Below are positions 36,901 through 51,600 of a DNA stretch of 64,000 nt, piece by piece. Under the pieces are notes generated by a model. The model was not told the origin of the DNA, did no database searches, and worked only from the letters and a program-made list of their open reading frames with translations. Each line of letters starts with the position of its first letter. Position 1 is the first letter of the stretch. Both the position numbers and the translations under genes were made by a program. The DNA is from Takakia lepidozioides (lineage: Eukaryota; Plantae; Bryophyta): assembly GCA_030704615.1 (NCBI GenBank), contig CM060733.1, positions 58,032,001 to 58,096,000 of the forward strand. The letters are read 5' to 3'.

Positions 36901-39900
36901 TTACATCTCTCCCCTTCACCTAGGTCACGTGAAAATCAACTCCTTAAGACTGTGTTACCCTATCTTGGCCATAGTGATGGCCAAGAGAATTTCATTGAAG
37001 CCCCCTTTGACTTGTTCTCCTTTGTGGGGGTATTCATCAAGTGATTTCCTTCTATCTTGGCTACCTGTCGTATTTCAGCTCAGGTTTATTAGGCTGTCAT
37101 GTTGATATATATACTGATCACGTGAGTGTTTCGGTATTGGGTTATGTCAAGCTTTTGAATGTTTGTATGCACAATGGATGGAGTGTGGAGTGGATTTCTA
37201 CTCGTGTGCCTACTTCCTGATTCTTCTTGTAGGTTGGATCACTGGGGCTCGCACTCCTTCACTGCACTATCTCTCTTGGGAAGGTTTGATATGAAGTGTT
37301 GGCATTACCAATGAGCTGTTGTTATGATTGGACCTTGGGTTGGGACAGTGGGAGTAAAGTATTTTTGTTGGTGCCCCCAACAAAGGAAAATCTGGTGGCA
37401 TTTGAAGAGTGGTCCTCTTCTGATAGGCAGGCATGCTCCGGTGTCCTCGTGCCCTTCACTTTCTTCAGCTTGGTTTTCTTTTCACTCCAATCCTGTATGG
37501 CTGGCCCTCCCGAGTCTCTCTCTTGCAGGTTTCTGTTCCTTTTTCCAGTTTGTGTAGGTTGGGTCAGATGTTGAGCCTTAAGATGTTGATAATAGTGAGC
37601 ACATGTCTGGATAGTGAGTAGCGATCGATGGGCTGGATGCAGGCAAGTGTGTTTTTCGCAGATCGGGCAAGTGGATGCCAAAAGCTGGAGCTTGCGGCTG
37701 GGGACACGCTCTTGCTGTAAGCACCACAATAAGTGTAAAGAGTTACCATAACCCAAGAGCACTTAAACGTCTGTACAAATGATAGGAGTATTAATTGGAA
37801 TGGGGCACAAACATTGCGTATGCATCAGAATCCAAACTAGAGCTTACCACAAAGATGTGCAAATCTCTTCTGTCATTCTGGACATTTTGTTATGATCTTG
37901 TGTGTATCTGAAACACTTATGTAGAGGATTTGTCTTGTATGGCATGCTTGCAGACCAGGGGGTTGGCCACACTGTGTGGTGACGCCAGGAGATTCCCTAG
38001 TTCTTGGTGGCAACTTCCTGACGGGATACAATCTCTCTCTCCAGCTTGATATATATCTGTGTTGCCTTTTCATTCCTTACATTCTACTGACTTGGACTCC
38101 GAAGTTTTATGGGAATTGGGTATTGTCTCTACTGCTAGCTCTAGACATTTCATATGTGTCCATTTTGAGTGGAAGCTTGACACAGTCCAAGGGATATGGT
38201 CAGTGGTAATGCAATGGTCCGTGTGGTGTAATCCAATTGGCTGGAGATCGTGGTGCACCCCCAGCAACCACATGTTGCGCTTGGCTGTTAAAAAGTAACT
38301 GACACTGGCACCAAGGCAGCCACGTGGATTGGACTGCAAGGTTTGCGTACATGCAACCATTACAGAAAGACTGAATGCAACTTGGCTCAAAGTTAGTGTT
38401 CTGGAGGCCACACGCCAGCATTAGAAATGAAGGTTTGCATACGTGCAACCATTACAGAAAGACTGAATGCAACTTGGCTCAAAGTTAGTGTTCTGGAGAC
38501 CACACGCCAGCATTTGAAATGAGTGGATTCAGGTGTTTGTCGAAGCCCAACATGCAACTGCGAGGCTTACAACCCCGTCAATCTTGAAAATGACTGGATA
38601 CAAGTGGTTGCAAGTACCAATTTGCAACTGCCTTTCGTGCCTCCTTGAATAACTTGGAGAGATCTGTGAAGTTGTCGTGATCACACAGGTGTAGTAATTA
38701 GACTTTCTAGTCGTAGCCTTGTGGCATATCTACACTTCCATCTTGATCACTTCCCTTGACCTCAGTTGATGAAACACATGGCAAATGGAGGAGAGGTTGA
38801 AAGTTCGCTCCAAGTTCCGCTTCCCTCTCTACAAGCAGCTGATGTGGTGCGTTTGCTTCCTCTATCCACTGCAGTTAGCATGGTTGGGTGGTTTTTATGT
38901 AGTAAAGAGCTGTTTTTGGGATGTTTAATTCTTGGGGCGAAGACAAAGAAGATGGCAGGCTCAATAAAGATTGTAAAGATCTGCTGCAAAGCAGCATTGT
39001 GAGCTCATCTGAATGATGATTTGCCTATTGACTATGTAGAAACTCAGGCCAAGTTAAGGAGAAGGCTAAGGGGCAGGCTCAATATCTTTCATGGAATGCA
39101 GGACCATGAGACTCTAAAAAGGAAGCATTAGGCTTTGCAGGCACACAGCCGCGCACTATCTGGCACTGCTGCAGCCACAATCGGAGGACACGGCTGGTGA
39201 TCATCCCCCAAAAGTGACCAAGTGGGAGAAAGAGGGACTTGTGAGCCTCTGTCGATGCCTTGATTTTTGGCGACAGGTAGGTCGATTGCTCTGTCTATTT
39301 GTCTATTGGCTGGCTTGATTTCCACTGGCAGGCCAGGTTGTTGTCAACCACATTGTTGGTTGACGGTATGGGCTCCCTGCAGTCCTGGTCTGAGGATGGT
39401 TTGAACCAGTATATCACTGGCTGTGGAGGGTTTGTCAGCAGTAACTGTGCTCTCAAGTACACAGTGGCAGATCTCACAGAAAAGGGTCAATAAGTACCGC
39501 CATAAACTAGTGTGCAAGTGCTAAAACTATGTTGGAAAGTGACTCTTCACATTTAGGGGGAAGTGTGGTGGACCTTACTAACATTCATGTATGTCACTCA
39601 TGAAATCTTCTACCTGTCAATCTTTTCTTTTCACATTTGACTGACCTCTGGATATAATATAAGAATGACATCTGTGGTGAGCTTTTTCTAATTGTTCTTT
39701 TGTGAAACTGGTTGCAGCCTTCTTTGCAGCCTTTTTGTTTTTTTGTTTGTTTGGTGTCTTTGTTTTGTGATGCTCTTTGAAGTTCATTTTTCCCCCTTGT
39801 TTGATTGTTAATATGCTTAGAAAGTTCGACACAGCTTCCCATAGGTATCCATTGTGATTGAACTTGGGCTTATCAGAATTCTGAAATGAGGAGTTTAATT

Positions 39901-42197
39901 GAGTAATAAAAGGAGAGATACAAACAATCAAGAAATTATGATAAAACAAGAAAAATGAATGGGCCCATGGAGGTCCAGGAGTGTCGGGCATCACTATGGA
40001 GCCCACTAAGAGTACCGTTATGTGCATGGGAGCCCAGATCTAGAGGGCCAGCATCTCGTCCAGGTTTTGTAAGAAGCCAAGTGTTCTTCTCCCTCTAGAT
40101 TGTGAGATTGAATGCACCTTATCAAATGTCTGGTTTGAAGTTGTGCCTCCAACTTAATGCTGTTCTGTTCTTGGGTTTTGTGCAGTCAAAAGATGGAGGG
40201 GACATGGGCAAGCAAATTTCTAACCCTGCAGGTCTAGTGAAGGAGCTGGAGAGCTGCCTCAAGGTGCTGACTTTTTCCACCCTAGAAACTTGCAATTTGG
40301 ATTAGTAGGGGCTTCTAATGATGGCAATGTATTCAAACTGCAACAAAATCTTCATAGTCTTGCATTATGGAGGACTCCAGTCTTACCTGCATGCACTGGT
40401 CTCTTTCTTAATCTTCACGTGTACCGTTGTTGTGGGTATATGTTCACAGAAGGAGGGGATCGTAGGAGCGACTGTAGACACGGGTGCCCGTACCCGAATT
40501 CGTCTCACGGTAACTGTACTGAACAAGATTGAGAACAGCTGTCCTTATTAGACTTTGCTTGCAGTAGCTGTACAGCCATGAACCCCATACTGATTTTGGA
40601 AGTGGTATAAGAAATGGGAGGGGGGGGACTAGAGAAGAGCAGTACTAAGTCAGTCCTATTGTTGACAGCTTGCTCCAGTGGTAGACCTATTTTTGGTAAA
40701 TGGAGCTGATTCTGGCCTTCCAGATTTGGTTGGAAATCTATTCACTTTGGCATCAAATAACCACAAAGTTAAAAGTAGAAGCCATAGTGTGCAGGTCAAT
40801 GAAGTTAAATTGAGTTGTTGACAAACCCCTGCATGGCACAGGACCTCATAAAAAATGTCGAACACAGCAGGAAGATGGATGTTGAGGAGGTGACTCTGCT
40901 AAGCCGTGCTACAGCTAAATTTTAGTGTTGGTCACATCTTCCATATAAAAACATGCATAGCTAAATCTCTCAAGACAATTAAGTGCAGAATTGAAGCTCT
41001 TTAATCTGCTTGTAAGGTTCTAATCCTTTCTAAAGTTGTCTGAAGATCTGTATCTTCTAGAGCCCCTGGTAATGTGAAAAACCAAATATACACAGGTCTG
41101 AATGAGGTTCCTTCCATGGTTGGAAGGAATATGACAGCAACGAGTATTTCTGTTTAATAGAAAAGGAGGGGCTGCATGGGTGTTGTTTGGATTTTCAGTT
41201 ACGACCACTTTCTACCAGCAGGGCTCCCTCTTCACAGTGGTCACACTCTCCAGAGGTATAATGAAAACTGTCTCATTGTCACATGTTTTTGCCATTATCT
41301 TGTAACCTGATCTAGTTTGTTTTGTGGGCGCAGGCATAGAAGAGAGGGCATAGGTTCCGTTCAACAACACTAGGGCCTTCTCTTGGGCCAACTTGATGTG
41401 CAATATAAGATGGTCCTCGTTCCTTGAAGTAAGAGTTTTGGTCAAGACTGATGTTGGAATTTGTTGCAGGATCACAAGGCAAGAGAGCCACCATTGGAAG
41501 CTCAGGAGGATCAGGATGAAGATGAGTTTGATCCAGTTGAGGACGGAGAAGTGGGGCAGGATGACCATGATGATGATTTTGTTTTGGATGATGACAATTG
41601 TGCATGGTCCAAGCAACAATGCCGCACTCCCACTGCAAAGAAGAAGGTATCTTTACCAACCTTGGAGTATTGTCCCTCTCTCTCTCTCCAGCCCCTCTAT
41701 TTCTGTTTTATGCACTGTTTCTGGTTTGACAGTTACGGTAAGTTGCTCATTGAGTGCCATGGCAATCTTGGGCATAATTTCATATATCAGTTGGGTGAGA
41801 GCCCATAGGGAGTGTAGTGTTATGTCGCACTATGCCTTCAAGGGTAGGCCATAGTACTTCTTTTTTGGTTAACTACCTTCAACTGTAAGTATGGAGATAT
41901 CCTGATATACTTGTTAAGGATATTTGTTGTTGATACATGCAGTTACTAATTTATTTCTAAAACATGTCTTATTTTTGGGATTTTGAATCTCCTACATGGT
42001 TGCAGCAACGGAACCAGTCACCAGCTTCACCTGTGACTAAGCCGAATGTCTCACCTGCTCCCCGTACGCCAACTCAACCCAAGAAACTCAAAAAGATGAA
42101 CAGCTCAGTGAGAGACCGTCTGCTGAAGAAGTGTGGGATTGATCCACGGATTCCATTGCCGAGCCCTAAATTCAAGCCCAAGCAAAGAGAAGGCTGA
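33986..42197 (+). CDS. JmjC-domain histone lysine demethylase, JHDM1/KDM2-KDM7-like, multi-exon
   Basis: Exons encode [104 protein letters not shown] and [18 protein letters not shown]. The HxD...H Fe(II) triad is intact. Confidence 0.9.
35540..35622 (-). mobile_element. tRNA-derived SINE-like head in a JmjC intron
   Basis: Minus strand has A box TAGCCCAGTGG, B box GGTTCAAAGCC and an ATCCAACA/TGTTGGAT stem; no canonical cloverleaf or anticodon. Confidence 0.55.
38338..38522. repeat. 92-bp tandem duplication inside a JmjC intron
   Basis: AAGGTTTGC..TGCAACCATTACAGAAAGACTGAATGCAACTTGGCTCAAAG.. at 38338 and 38430, nearly identical. Confidence 0.9.
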
Positions 42198-42886
42198 TTG
42201 TACATTGTGGCACACCTTTCTTACTTTCCGGTCTTCCTTGACCACCAGTCTGTAACTACCACTCTTCAGGATTACATGTACATACTGTACTCTAAGAGGA
42301 CTGGATCGTGTTGTTTGCTGCGAGAGACGCCTTGCATTTTGGGGGAACAGATGTGGGAGCTGTAAGCATGATAGAAAGGGAGATGAATGATGATCACCAT
42401 CATCCACTGTATCTGCTATGCTCTAAAGTATAAACTCTTGAAGTATAAACTCAAAAGTATAAATTCTTGTTGCCAACTTAACTTAATGTCATTGTACTTC
42501 GGTATCATGACTCTTGGTATGAAGTTCCATTTGATAAATTTCAAACTTACCTGCTACGAAAAACAAGAGACTCCCTCTTTCACAAAAGTGTGCTTAATCA
42601 GCTGCCACGGGTTCCACTCTAACACCACAGTGTCCTTGTGACATTGACCAAAGTAATGCTTTCATTTGGTGAAACCAATAGTGAAGGCTGCAACACATGC
42701 TTGAAACCCCGGCACCGCATGATGTTAACCACTTTCAAGGCTGTCTTTCCGTTCTGCCGCTGAAAATTGGGAAAAGAAAACAATAGAACTGGTGTTTAAC
42801 AGTGCTGAATTGAAGTAAGACTCTCACTCGCAGAGTAAGACCCTTCGGGGTGGGGCAAGGGCCAGGTAGTGGAACACATTTTTCAT

Positions 42887-45800
42887 CTACAGCCGTAAAC
42901 CAGTGTATTCAGAACTCCTGACTCCTATCATCAGACTAAATGGAGAAACACTCACCCGAGGTGTCGCAAAGGTTCCGTCCATTGCATCACACAAGTCGAT
43001 GGCTAGTCTCCGCAACAAGGGTAGCTGTGAAGAGATTATAACAGAAATTTGCTTAGGACTCCATTTCCAAGTGGTGGTGCTGTCACATTTCAAGCAAAGT
43101 GAAGCAATGGCGATGCTGGTACCCTAGATGTGATGTGTTCTAACAGAAACTGCACAAAATCTCTGGAGGAAAGAAAGGAACGAAGGCAAAAAGTCCATCG
43201 CCCAATTTTACTGTAGACTGGCAAATCTACTCCTCTAGACTTGCACTTGAAAAAGTGGATACACCTTGCATGGAGAAACAACTTACATGCATAGATGCAT
43301 CCGATATGAAGGTGCTAGGTAGCCCTTTACCCTGCACCACCAGCACCTCTGCACTGACTAGGTTGAACAAGTTCGATTCTATTTAAAATGGAAAACATCC
43401 GCTAAGTCCTAGAACATCCAAGCACAAATTCCTAAGAAATAATGATGCAGGTCAAGATCTAAAAGTGTGGAGGGTCCCAATTTCAGGTTCACCACAGAAA
43501 CTCATGAGGTAACCAAGATCCAGTGAATCTTTTTCCTAGCTGTCAGATGTGTGTAGCTCTGCACCTTAACCAGGATACAACTACAATTACACAGAAACAG
43601 GTTCACTCTTACTTGTTACTAAGCAAATGAAACCCCAACCCCATTAAGTGAACAGTTTCTTGTGTTCCCCACCCAAAAATGCCAACTATGGTGCTCTTAG
43701 AGGTGATTACCGTGTGGCAAAAATGAATAACTTGAAGGGCTTGACATGAGTGTAGCAGACATAAAGCTCCATTGCTGGTGATTTTGTTGCAATCCTAGGG
43801 AAGAGCAACAACAGAGTCAATACAAAAAGGGCAAAGTGCTGTTCTATACAGGAGCAATTCAGCAAGCAAGACATACCTGAACAAAATAGCCAAGTGTACA
43901 CCAAAAAGTCTAGGTAAAAAGAATGATAACACATGGACCATTGATGGACAAATGTCATTAAGGTTTGGGAGGTGGAACCAACCTCCAGCTTCAGTTCAGT
44001 CAAACCGCGCCACCTATCTGCAATAGTTCTTAGAGAGTCTAGCATCCGACCCCAGAATTCGTATCAGCTCTATGGTCTGGAGACCCATGGAAGTGTTTTA
44101 AAGGTAGTTTCCCACAACTGATGAGAAGACCCTGACCACGAAACCTGTAATGATGTGGTAGAGTTTTCGATCTTTCCTGCAATAGAATTTTGCTACTGCA
44201 GACATACTTCTGTACATGAAAGAAATGCATGCATTTCCTTGTGAAGGTCTCATACGACATACACTCACGAGCATTAGTTCACATGGATACCAACCCTCTC
44301 AGAACTAGTCCAGGGCCCATGGGCAAAGTAGAAGAACAAGAAAAAGCATGTCAAAAATCCCAAATTTCATGGACTGTAGAAATGACTTGACTGTTATGTG
44401 CATACTTACTATGCACATGCACTGGTTTACACTGTAGGACTCTGCAGGTGCATATTCTGCAAACGGTGGTTTCAGGCCACCTATGTAATGGTTCACTTGA
44501 ATTCTAAACAAGGGCACTTCACAGAGCCAACCATCACACAAAAAGAGTTTAAAAATATGATCACCCTTGGTTTCCTCACCCGCAGTTAACATTTGGCACC
44601 CCAAAAGAGACAGAGAGCGCAAATGTTTACAACTTTTGCTCAACAGAGAAAGGTCCTTGTCACCCATCCAAGGGGTGACTCTCTCCAGCCTCAACGATGT
44701 CAGACTGGACCCGGATCCTGCAGTGAGTGCTGTTATACTCTCTGGAGAAACTTCACCAATACAGTGTTGGAGCTCTAAAGTGTGAAGGCGGTTCAGATTT
44801 CTGAACAAAGGTATCAACCCTTCATCAGATACAGTCTGCAGACCCCGAAACACAATAGTCAATATCTTGAGCTTAGACAGTCCTTGCGTATGCAGGTGTG
44901 TACATGGTCCCTCATGCATATGCATCAACCTTAAATACACAATCATATGTAGTTACAAGGAAGGTATTTACAAGCAATAAATGAAAAGTTTAATTGGGAG
45001 CAAAATATGTGCATCAAGCTCTTTTCTTAAGTCTTAGGCTTTCTATATCATAAAAGCTTGCAAGTCATATCAAGACAACACACCTGAAAGCAAAGAGAGA
45101 GTCGCCCCAGTGCTGGGCAGAGATGAGAGAGGCTCAGCAACGAGGCATTGCTTAAAGTACCCCCAATACCGACCGTAAGGCTCCGGAGCATGTGCACTGC
45201 AAGCCCCATGGTCTCCAAAGACGAGTCTGATAGACCCCAGCCCATTGTTACTTCCTCCAAGCCAAGCCCCTCTCCCGGTATTTCTTGAAACTTATTAGAG
45301 GCACCCAAGCTTAGCCCACACACTGTGGATACTAAGGTTTCCTGGTTGCTGTCTGCTTTGCCGGGCCGAAGGTCAAAGCTGTGAGTAGCTGCATGCTGGC
45401 AACCCCGTATGTTAAGAGATTTCAGACCTCGGTTTCTTGCCAAAATGTACGCTATAGCCCCTCCTGACACCTGCCAAGCATCCTAGCAAAGTCAAAATCC
45501 CCTATATGGCGAAAGCACCCAACAGTCTGTCTCTTCGTGCATAAGTTTGAGCCTTCTATGAATGCAGTCAAGAGCTTGATTCCTGGACAACCCACATCAA
45601 GGATCTTATGCCAAGACTGCTATGTACATTTCCACAACGACCCTTTGGGGGGCAGATTTGGTGGCGTAGGGTTGATCGACAAATAAGAAGAAATCCATCA
45701 TGTCCACTATTTAATATGTCCAACTCTCAAGATGTTGAGGGATAAAGCAGGTACCAACAAATTTCATCACATTCATTATACAGCTTGTTTAACAGCCACT

Positions 45801-48628
45801 GATACCTCATTAAAAGTCAATTCCTTTCCCCGGAAGTTACAAATGTTTCTTTTGTGGCTCACCTGTGTTTCCCTGAGGTTGAGCTGCAGCAAGTGTGTTC
45901 CAGAAAACCCGAAAAGAGCTTCATCGCTCAGGCAAGTGTAGGCTAGGGACAGATCACGGAGGGAGGGAGCCATTTTTAGCAAAAGGACGACATCTTCCCC
46001 ATTCAGGCCTGTGAAATTTGCTTGAACGAGTCAGACATGATCTGAGGCTAATAGAATATTTGACAAGTATAATCCAACATACCAGAGCTCTATGCTCGCC
46101 AAAGCAGGAAGCTTCTGCTATCTCTCTATTTCAGTTTGCTCTGTAAAGTGCTGGAAATTTCATGTCTTTCTCTCTCCAGTGCCCAGCACTAAATACTGCT
46201 ATAACGCCAATTTCAGGTGGCCGATAAAACTCAAATCCTGCATCCCAATCACAATTGGCCGTGCGCGTGGGCTATATTGTAATTTCAGTCTTAGTTTACA
46301 CCTTAGTAGATTCAAATCCCATGACCAGCCCTTGGAGCATTTGTATCCGGCAGGGACCATGCCATCAAAGACATAATATAACCATTTCACAAATGGGAAG
46401 TAATGGGAAAAGTAACAGCATGGAAAAACTCCAAGAGATCATATACCAGTACATTTCTCCAAGTCCAACGTGACCAGAAGATAATTGCCCAGGGACTCTT
46501 CTGCATCCTCAGAGACGACAGCCGAGCTCACACTCCTTGCAAGGGAAGAGGGGATAAGAGCTTTGGAGGAGATTGGACCGAAGGAGGTGCCAGCAGCTAG
46601 GAATCTCTGCAGCAACATCACCCGGAATATAAAGAACCAGTACTCAAACGTCCCAAAGAAGAAAGTTGATCTCACATTAACATGCAAGACTGATCCACTT
46701 CAGCAGTCACTTTATGGAGCCTAACACATTAACTTATGCCCTCACAATCTCATCACAAAAGGGAAATGAACAATGGAGGTGACAATGAGAGGTCTGTCCA
46801 GAGGGTAGAAATAAGAGTGCATCCTGTAATACCGCAGAATTGCTTGCAGCTTCTTCCTGACCACCTCAAAAATAGTTTGTTTCTCGTTACTTTCACCATC
46901 TTTCCTCTTTCACTTACTTTGATCTGAAAGGGCCTTGCAGTTAAGGGCTCTGCAAGGAGAACGTGATGGTACCACATGCAGCTTCACATCGCCATGAAGC
47001 TAGTGGTTTCCCACAAACAGCAATGGTGACATTTATCAAGTTTGGCATGAGTGACAACTCGAGACTACCAAATTCTCATCATTGGTACCTGGAAACCCCT
47101 TCTGTACTGCTTCAGAAAACTAGCAATGCCAGCATCACTCAATGTGGTACAGCCACTCAGATCAACAGTCCGAAGGCAGGGACAACACAGAGCTGTAACA
47201 GATAACACGTCATCTGTATACAACAAAATAAGTGGACTCAGCAACTGGAACGTCCCCAAGACAGAAGAATTAGTGCCCTACTAATCACTGCATTCCTCTA
47301 CTTAAAGCTCTCATATCAACCCCACCTAGACCTATGTTTGCAGCCTAAAAATTCAGTTATCATGCATGTAATGCATAAGCATGAATAAATGATAAAAGTG
47401 GATCTGCATGTAACCTGCATAACCATTCCCATAAGCTTGTTATCAAAAAGCATGTCTGATTTCTCTCATTCCAAGTCTCTAACAGACACCTGCTCTAAGG
47501 GCTCACCAGGCAAGAAACAACCACAAAGACAGAGGGAGAGAAAGAGAAACTCACCAGACACCTCCATGCGACCACGAAGAGAGAGCTCCATCAAATGGGG
47601 AAGTGAAGGTTGACTTTCACCCCAGGCAAGTTCACGCACAGCTGAGTATGTCTCGAGGATCAAAGGGCCCTCCACAGTAAGCTTAGGTTCCACAAAGGAT
47701 TGGTCCACAGATAGGTCTGCTACTTCCAGAAGAGGACAAGCTGCTGATAGACATAGCAACAAGCTTACATCAAGCTGTGGACAGTGAGGGGCCATGAGCA
47801 GCAAAAGCCTGGGGCATGAGGCCCTCAACCACGTCACCAGATCTTCTTGCTTTATGCGCCAGCACTGAGACATAATAATTTGCTCGAGAGTTTCAAAGGA
47901 AATATCTGGTTGTGGAGGATTGTGAGACCCTACAAGATGGGATGATGCAGGGAATGCGGGTAGCTGCTTGGAAACTGGTGGAGCACATGCAGCAGATGAA
48001 AACAGGACAGGAACAGTGATCTGTGGGCAGCCTGAGAGGTCCAGAACCTAGACGTGGCAGATAGAAATTAGAAGATAACTAGCATAAATCTCTGGCCCTC
48101 CCCCTTGGAATCTCCACTAATATCCCTCACCACCATCTGCATCTAGCGCTAGCATTGCTTCAACCAGACACTAATCCCAGCGACACAGACACCCATTATA
48201 CTGGAAATGTTTTGCACATGAAGCAATTCGTTTCATAGGTGGTGATAACATGGTAGAAATTTCTCCAATCTAGTAAACTGGTAGTCAACCTAGTGAAATG
48301 AGTGCTAAGTCAAAAGTTCTGGGGAAAAGACCCTCCCTAGAAATTCCTTTCATTGGCTAGTTCTGGACTTTTTTGCCAACTGTACAGCCTGATGATCTCA
48401 GGTTTCAACATATCTCAAGCCTCTCAAACTAAGTAAGCGCATCACAGGTCAATCAGTGTTTGTGTGTGGGTGGGGTATGTACTCATAAGACGTTGTTGTC
48501 GCAGCCTTGTGGCCATAGACCCTGCACAGAGTTTGGGCGGAACTCAACAGACACTACCTTTGTGAGGGGCTCCCTCCGGGTAGTGGGACTTACCTTGGTA
48601 CAGACAATTAGTTCGGGCTGTCCAAATA

Positions 48629-48669
<41 letters not shown>

Positions 48670-51600
48670 ATTAGCACAAGCTGCAAGAACTCCTGTAAGA
48701 GCCTGGCTCGTTAAACGGACCTGCAAGTGTTGAGTGAGACGTAACACGAGATTGCGCCCCCACATTTTGCCCGAAGTTTCATCAGAGGAAATTCCCCATT
48801 CAGCACCCAAGACAACCTCTAAGAGTTCAGCTTCAGAGTTGATATCGAGCCCGGCTGTGCTGATATCAAACATATGCAGCGGGTACCTCCCCACCAGTCG
48901 CCCTGTAGGATAGCTCCCTATAAGCTCTATACTCAAACCAGTGACTACTATGGCAATTGCTGGAATGTGCAGTAAAAGACTAAAGAAGCCACATATCAAA
49001 CTCAAGTATGGGTCAATGATGGGGAACAGGGCTAACCTAAAACAAACTCGAGAGGCAGAAGGCTTAGCCGAACCTGCTCACACATCCCACCTGAGTCAAA
49101 TTTTGGGCTTGTAAAACCAGGGATCTTCTGTTATTATAGAGATAATCTGGAAGAGTGAGATATGTGAATTCAATCTTGTGTGATAGTGTGATCCAGGTTG
49201 TGACACACAATCTTCATGGATCAGGCTCATGTACTATAGACAATATACTTTCTACTATACATGCACATGAAACCAAATGAAGGAGAACAAGATAACTGCC
49301 CCTTTTATATTGGACCTGCTTCAGTATTTTTGTAGGAGTTTCCATGTCAGCTGATAATGATTGGGCAGATCCAGACACCCAGGCTTGGCTCTCACACCAA
49401 TGTAGTAGTGCCTCGCATAATTGCCGTTCACTGCACAGACGTGTAAAACCTCACAGCATTCACCAAACTGAGTGGTGAGTCTGGCCATATCTATTTGGTT
49501 TTAACACCACAACAAGCCAATCTCACACAATCTTTAAGTACACTCTTTAAGTAGAAATGCTACTGCACACTACCATGCACATAGCCAAAAGGATCCACAT
49601 ACCTTTCAACCGTGAGCTGGGGATGGTCAATACAATCTTTGAGAAGAGCAAAGGGAAATTCCAGAAACCCATCCCAGGACACAGCATCTCCCTGCAAGAC
49701 ATGAAACAAGATCCCTTTCAAAATGAGTTCTCTCAACCTTCCATCTCTACAAACATAAATTGAGGCACCCAACATACATGCCACTAAGTAGCATATATTC
49801 AAACTAGAACCAGAATCATTGGAGTAAAAACAGCATCAGACATCCTGTGAGAACAAAATACAGGCAAAGCACAACAGACGCCTAAATTGAGAAAAGTAGC
49901 CTACAAAATTGATAGCAAGGCCTTCGACACAGAGCTCCACCATAGTTAGCACTCCTGCAACCCAGGACAAGACAACGAGTCAACTGAATTCGTTTTAAAG
50001 CACATATCCAGACAAATCCAGTCTTTACCTGTTCTATGAGGTTGAACCTCAGCCCGTTCCTTGAACCTCCTCCTATATAAGAGGACATCATAAGTGCTGA
50101 AAGATAATACAAGAAAAACTTATGTGGGTCCATGCAGGAAATCAACCTGTCTCTTTGGCAGTATTCCAAATGGCAGGAAGGTAGACCAGGGGATCTTCCC
50201 CCGACTCTTTGCTCCGTGACCGCATGGCTAGAGCTGCCCAATGTTCACATGCACTGACAGCTGACTCCACTCCAAAAAATGCTGCACCCTGGTGCAGGAA
50301 ACATAGTACTGAAAGAAAGGTAGCCCACGAGGCAATGCTTCTATTCCCCCACAGCATCAAGAGCTCAGCCCATGGACTTGAAAGCTTAAAGACGGATTAA
50401 CCAGCACCAATGTGCTGTAACTTGAACCCAGCCAATCTATAAAGGGAGAGGGACCTCTGGAAGAGAGGGCCATTGGTACATACCTCCAACAAGGCCTCAA
50501 CAACAGCTGGAGACAAGCTGGGCTGGCTGCCATGTATGCACTTCAAAAGAATACAGAATATTGGCAGGTCCCACTTTACAGTAATGTGCTCGCCTGCCGC
50601 TTCTCTGGAGCATTAGAATTTCTCCTCAGCAACTTCAGCTTATACCAGAGTTCACTGGAAGAGTGGATTGCATATGGCTACCACTTATCTGCTGAACATT
50701 AGACATTTCCCCTCCATGAAAGGCTGTCTCAATATACAATCGAGCTGTGGTGGTGCTCGACAAAGTACGCTTTTGAGTTGACCCCAATTTTGAAAACGTC
50801 CACATCTCATTGGCTGATGTACAAACTGACCTCTCAAGTCTACTCCTTTTTGCATCAAGAAAGGTCCAACATGAAACGAAATGAAATGAAATGGTACTTT
50901 ATAACGTCCGTGGAAAGCTCAAAGAGCTTATGGGACAAAATGGAAAAAAACAAGAGAGAGGAAACAAAACGAGAGCCAAAAAACAGCCCAAAATCAACTA
51001 CTGCTCAAGGGATTGTCTATGGGTGAAAGAGGGGAACACTTTCCAGAGAAGCCTGACAGTTGACAATTGGCCAGAGAGCCTTTAGGATCAATCTACTGTC
51101 ATCCACACATACCTGAAATTGCTGAGAAGTGAGCGGAAGTATGTTGAGTGCCTTGACAACCTGCCATCAACAAAAGCAAAAACTAGTTCTTACAGCTGCT
51201 CATGGCACTCAACCTCCAAGGATGTCTGCCTTTCTGGGTTTAGGAACTCAGGCTACAACTAGAGCTGTTACTAAAGACAACAACTGACGGTACATAATTC
51301 AACCTGAGCGCCTGAAGAATTGAGCGCCTTCTGGAGGGTGTCGACACATCCAAAATCCCCCGAGAAGCTATTAATATGTTAAAGGTTAAGATTGCAGGTT
51401 ACGGTTAGGTGTTTACAGTCTGGGTTGAAAGTCTGTTGGTCCGCGACTCTAAGGTCCAGGTTATGAGCATTCTGATATTTCAAGCCACTGGAGGTTGAGA
51501 CAGATCAATTGAGAATTGTGCAGAGAAGTAGCATTGAGAAATTGAGATAGCATCACTCACTTGTTACAACCTTCCAGACCAACATCTTCAGCGTACACCA

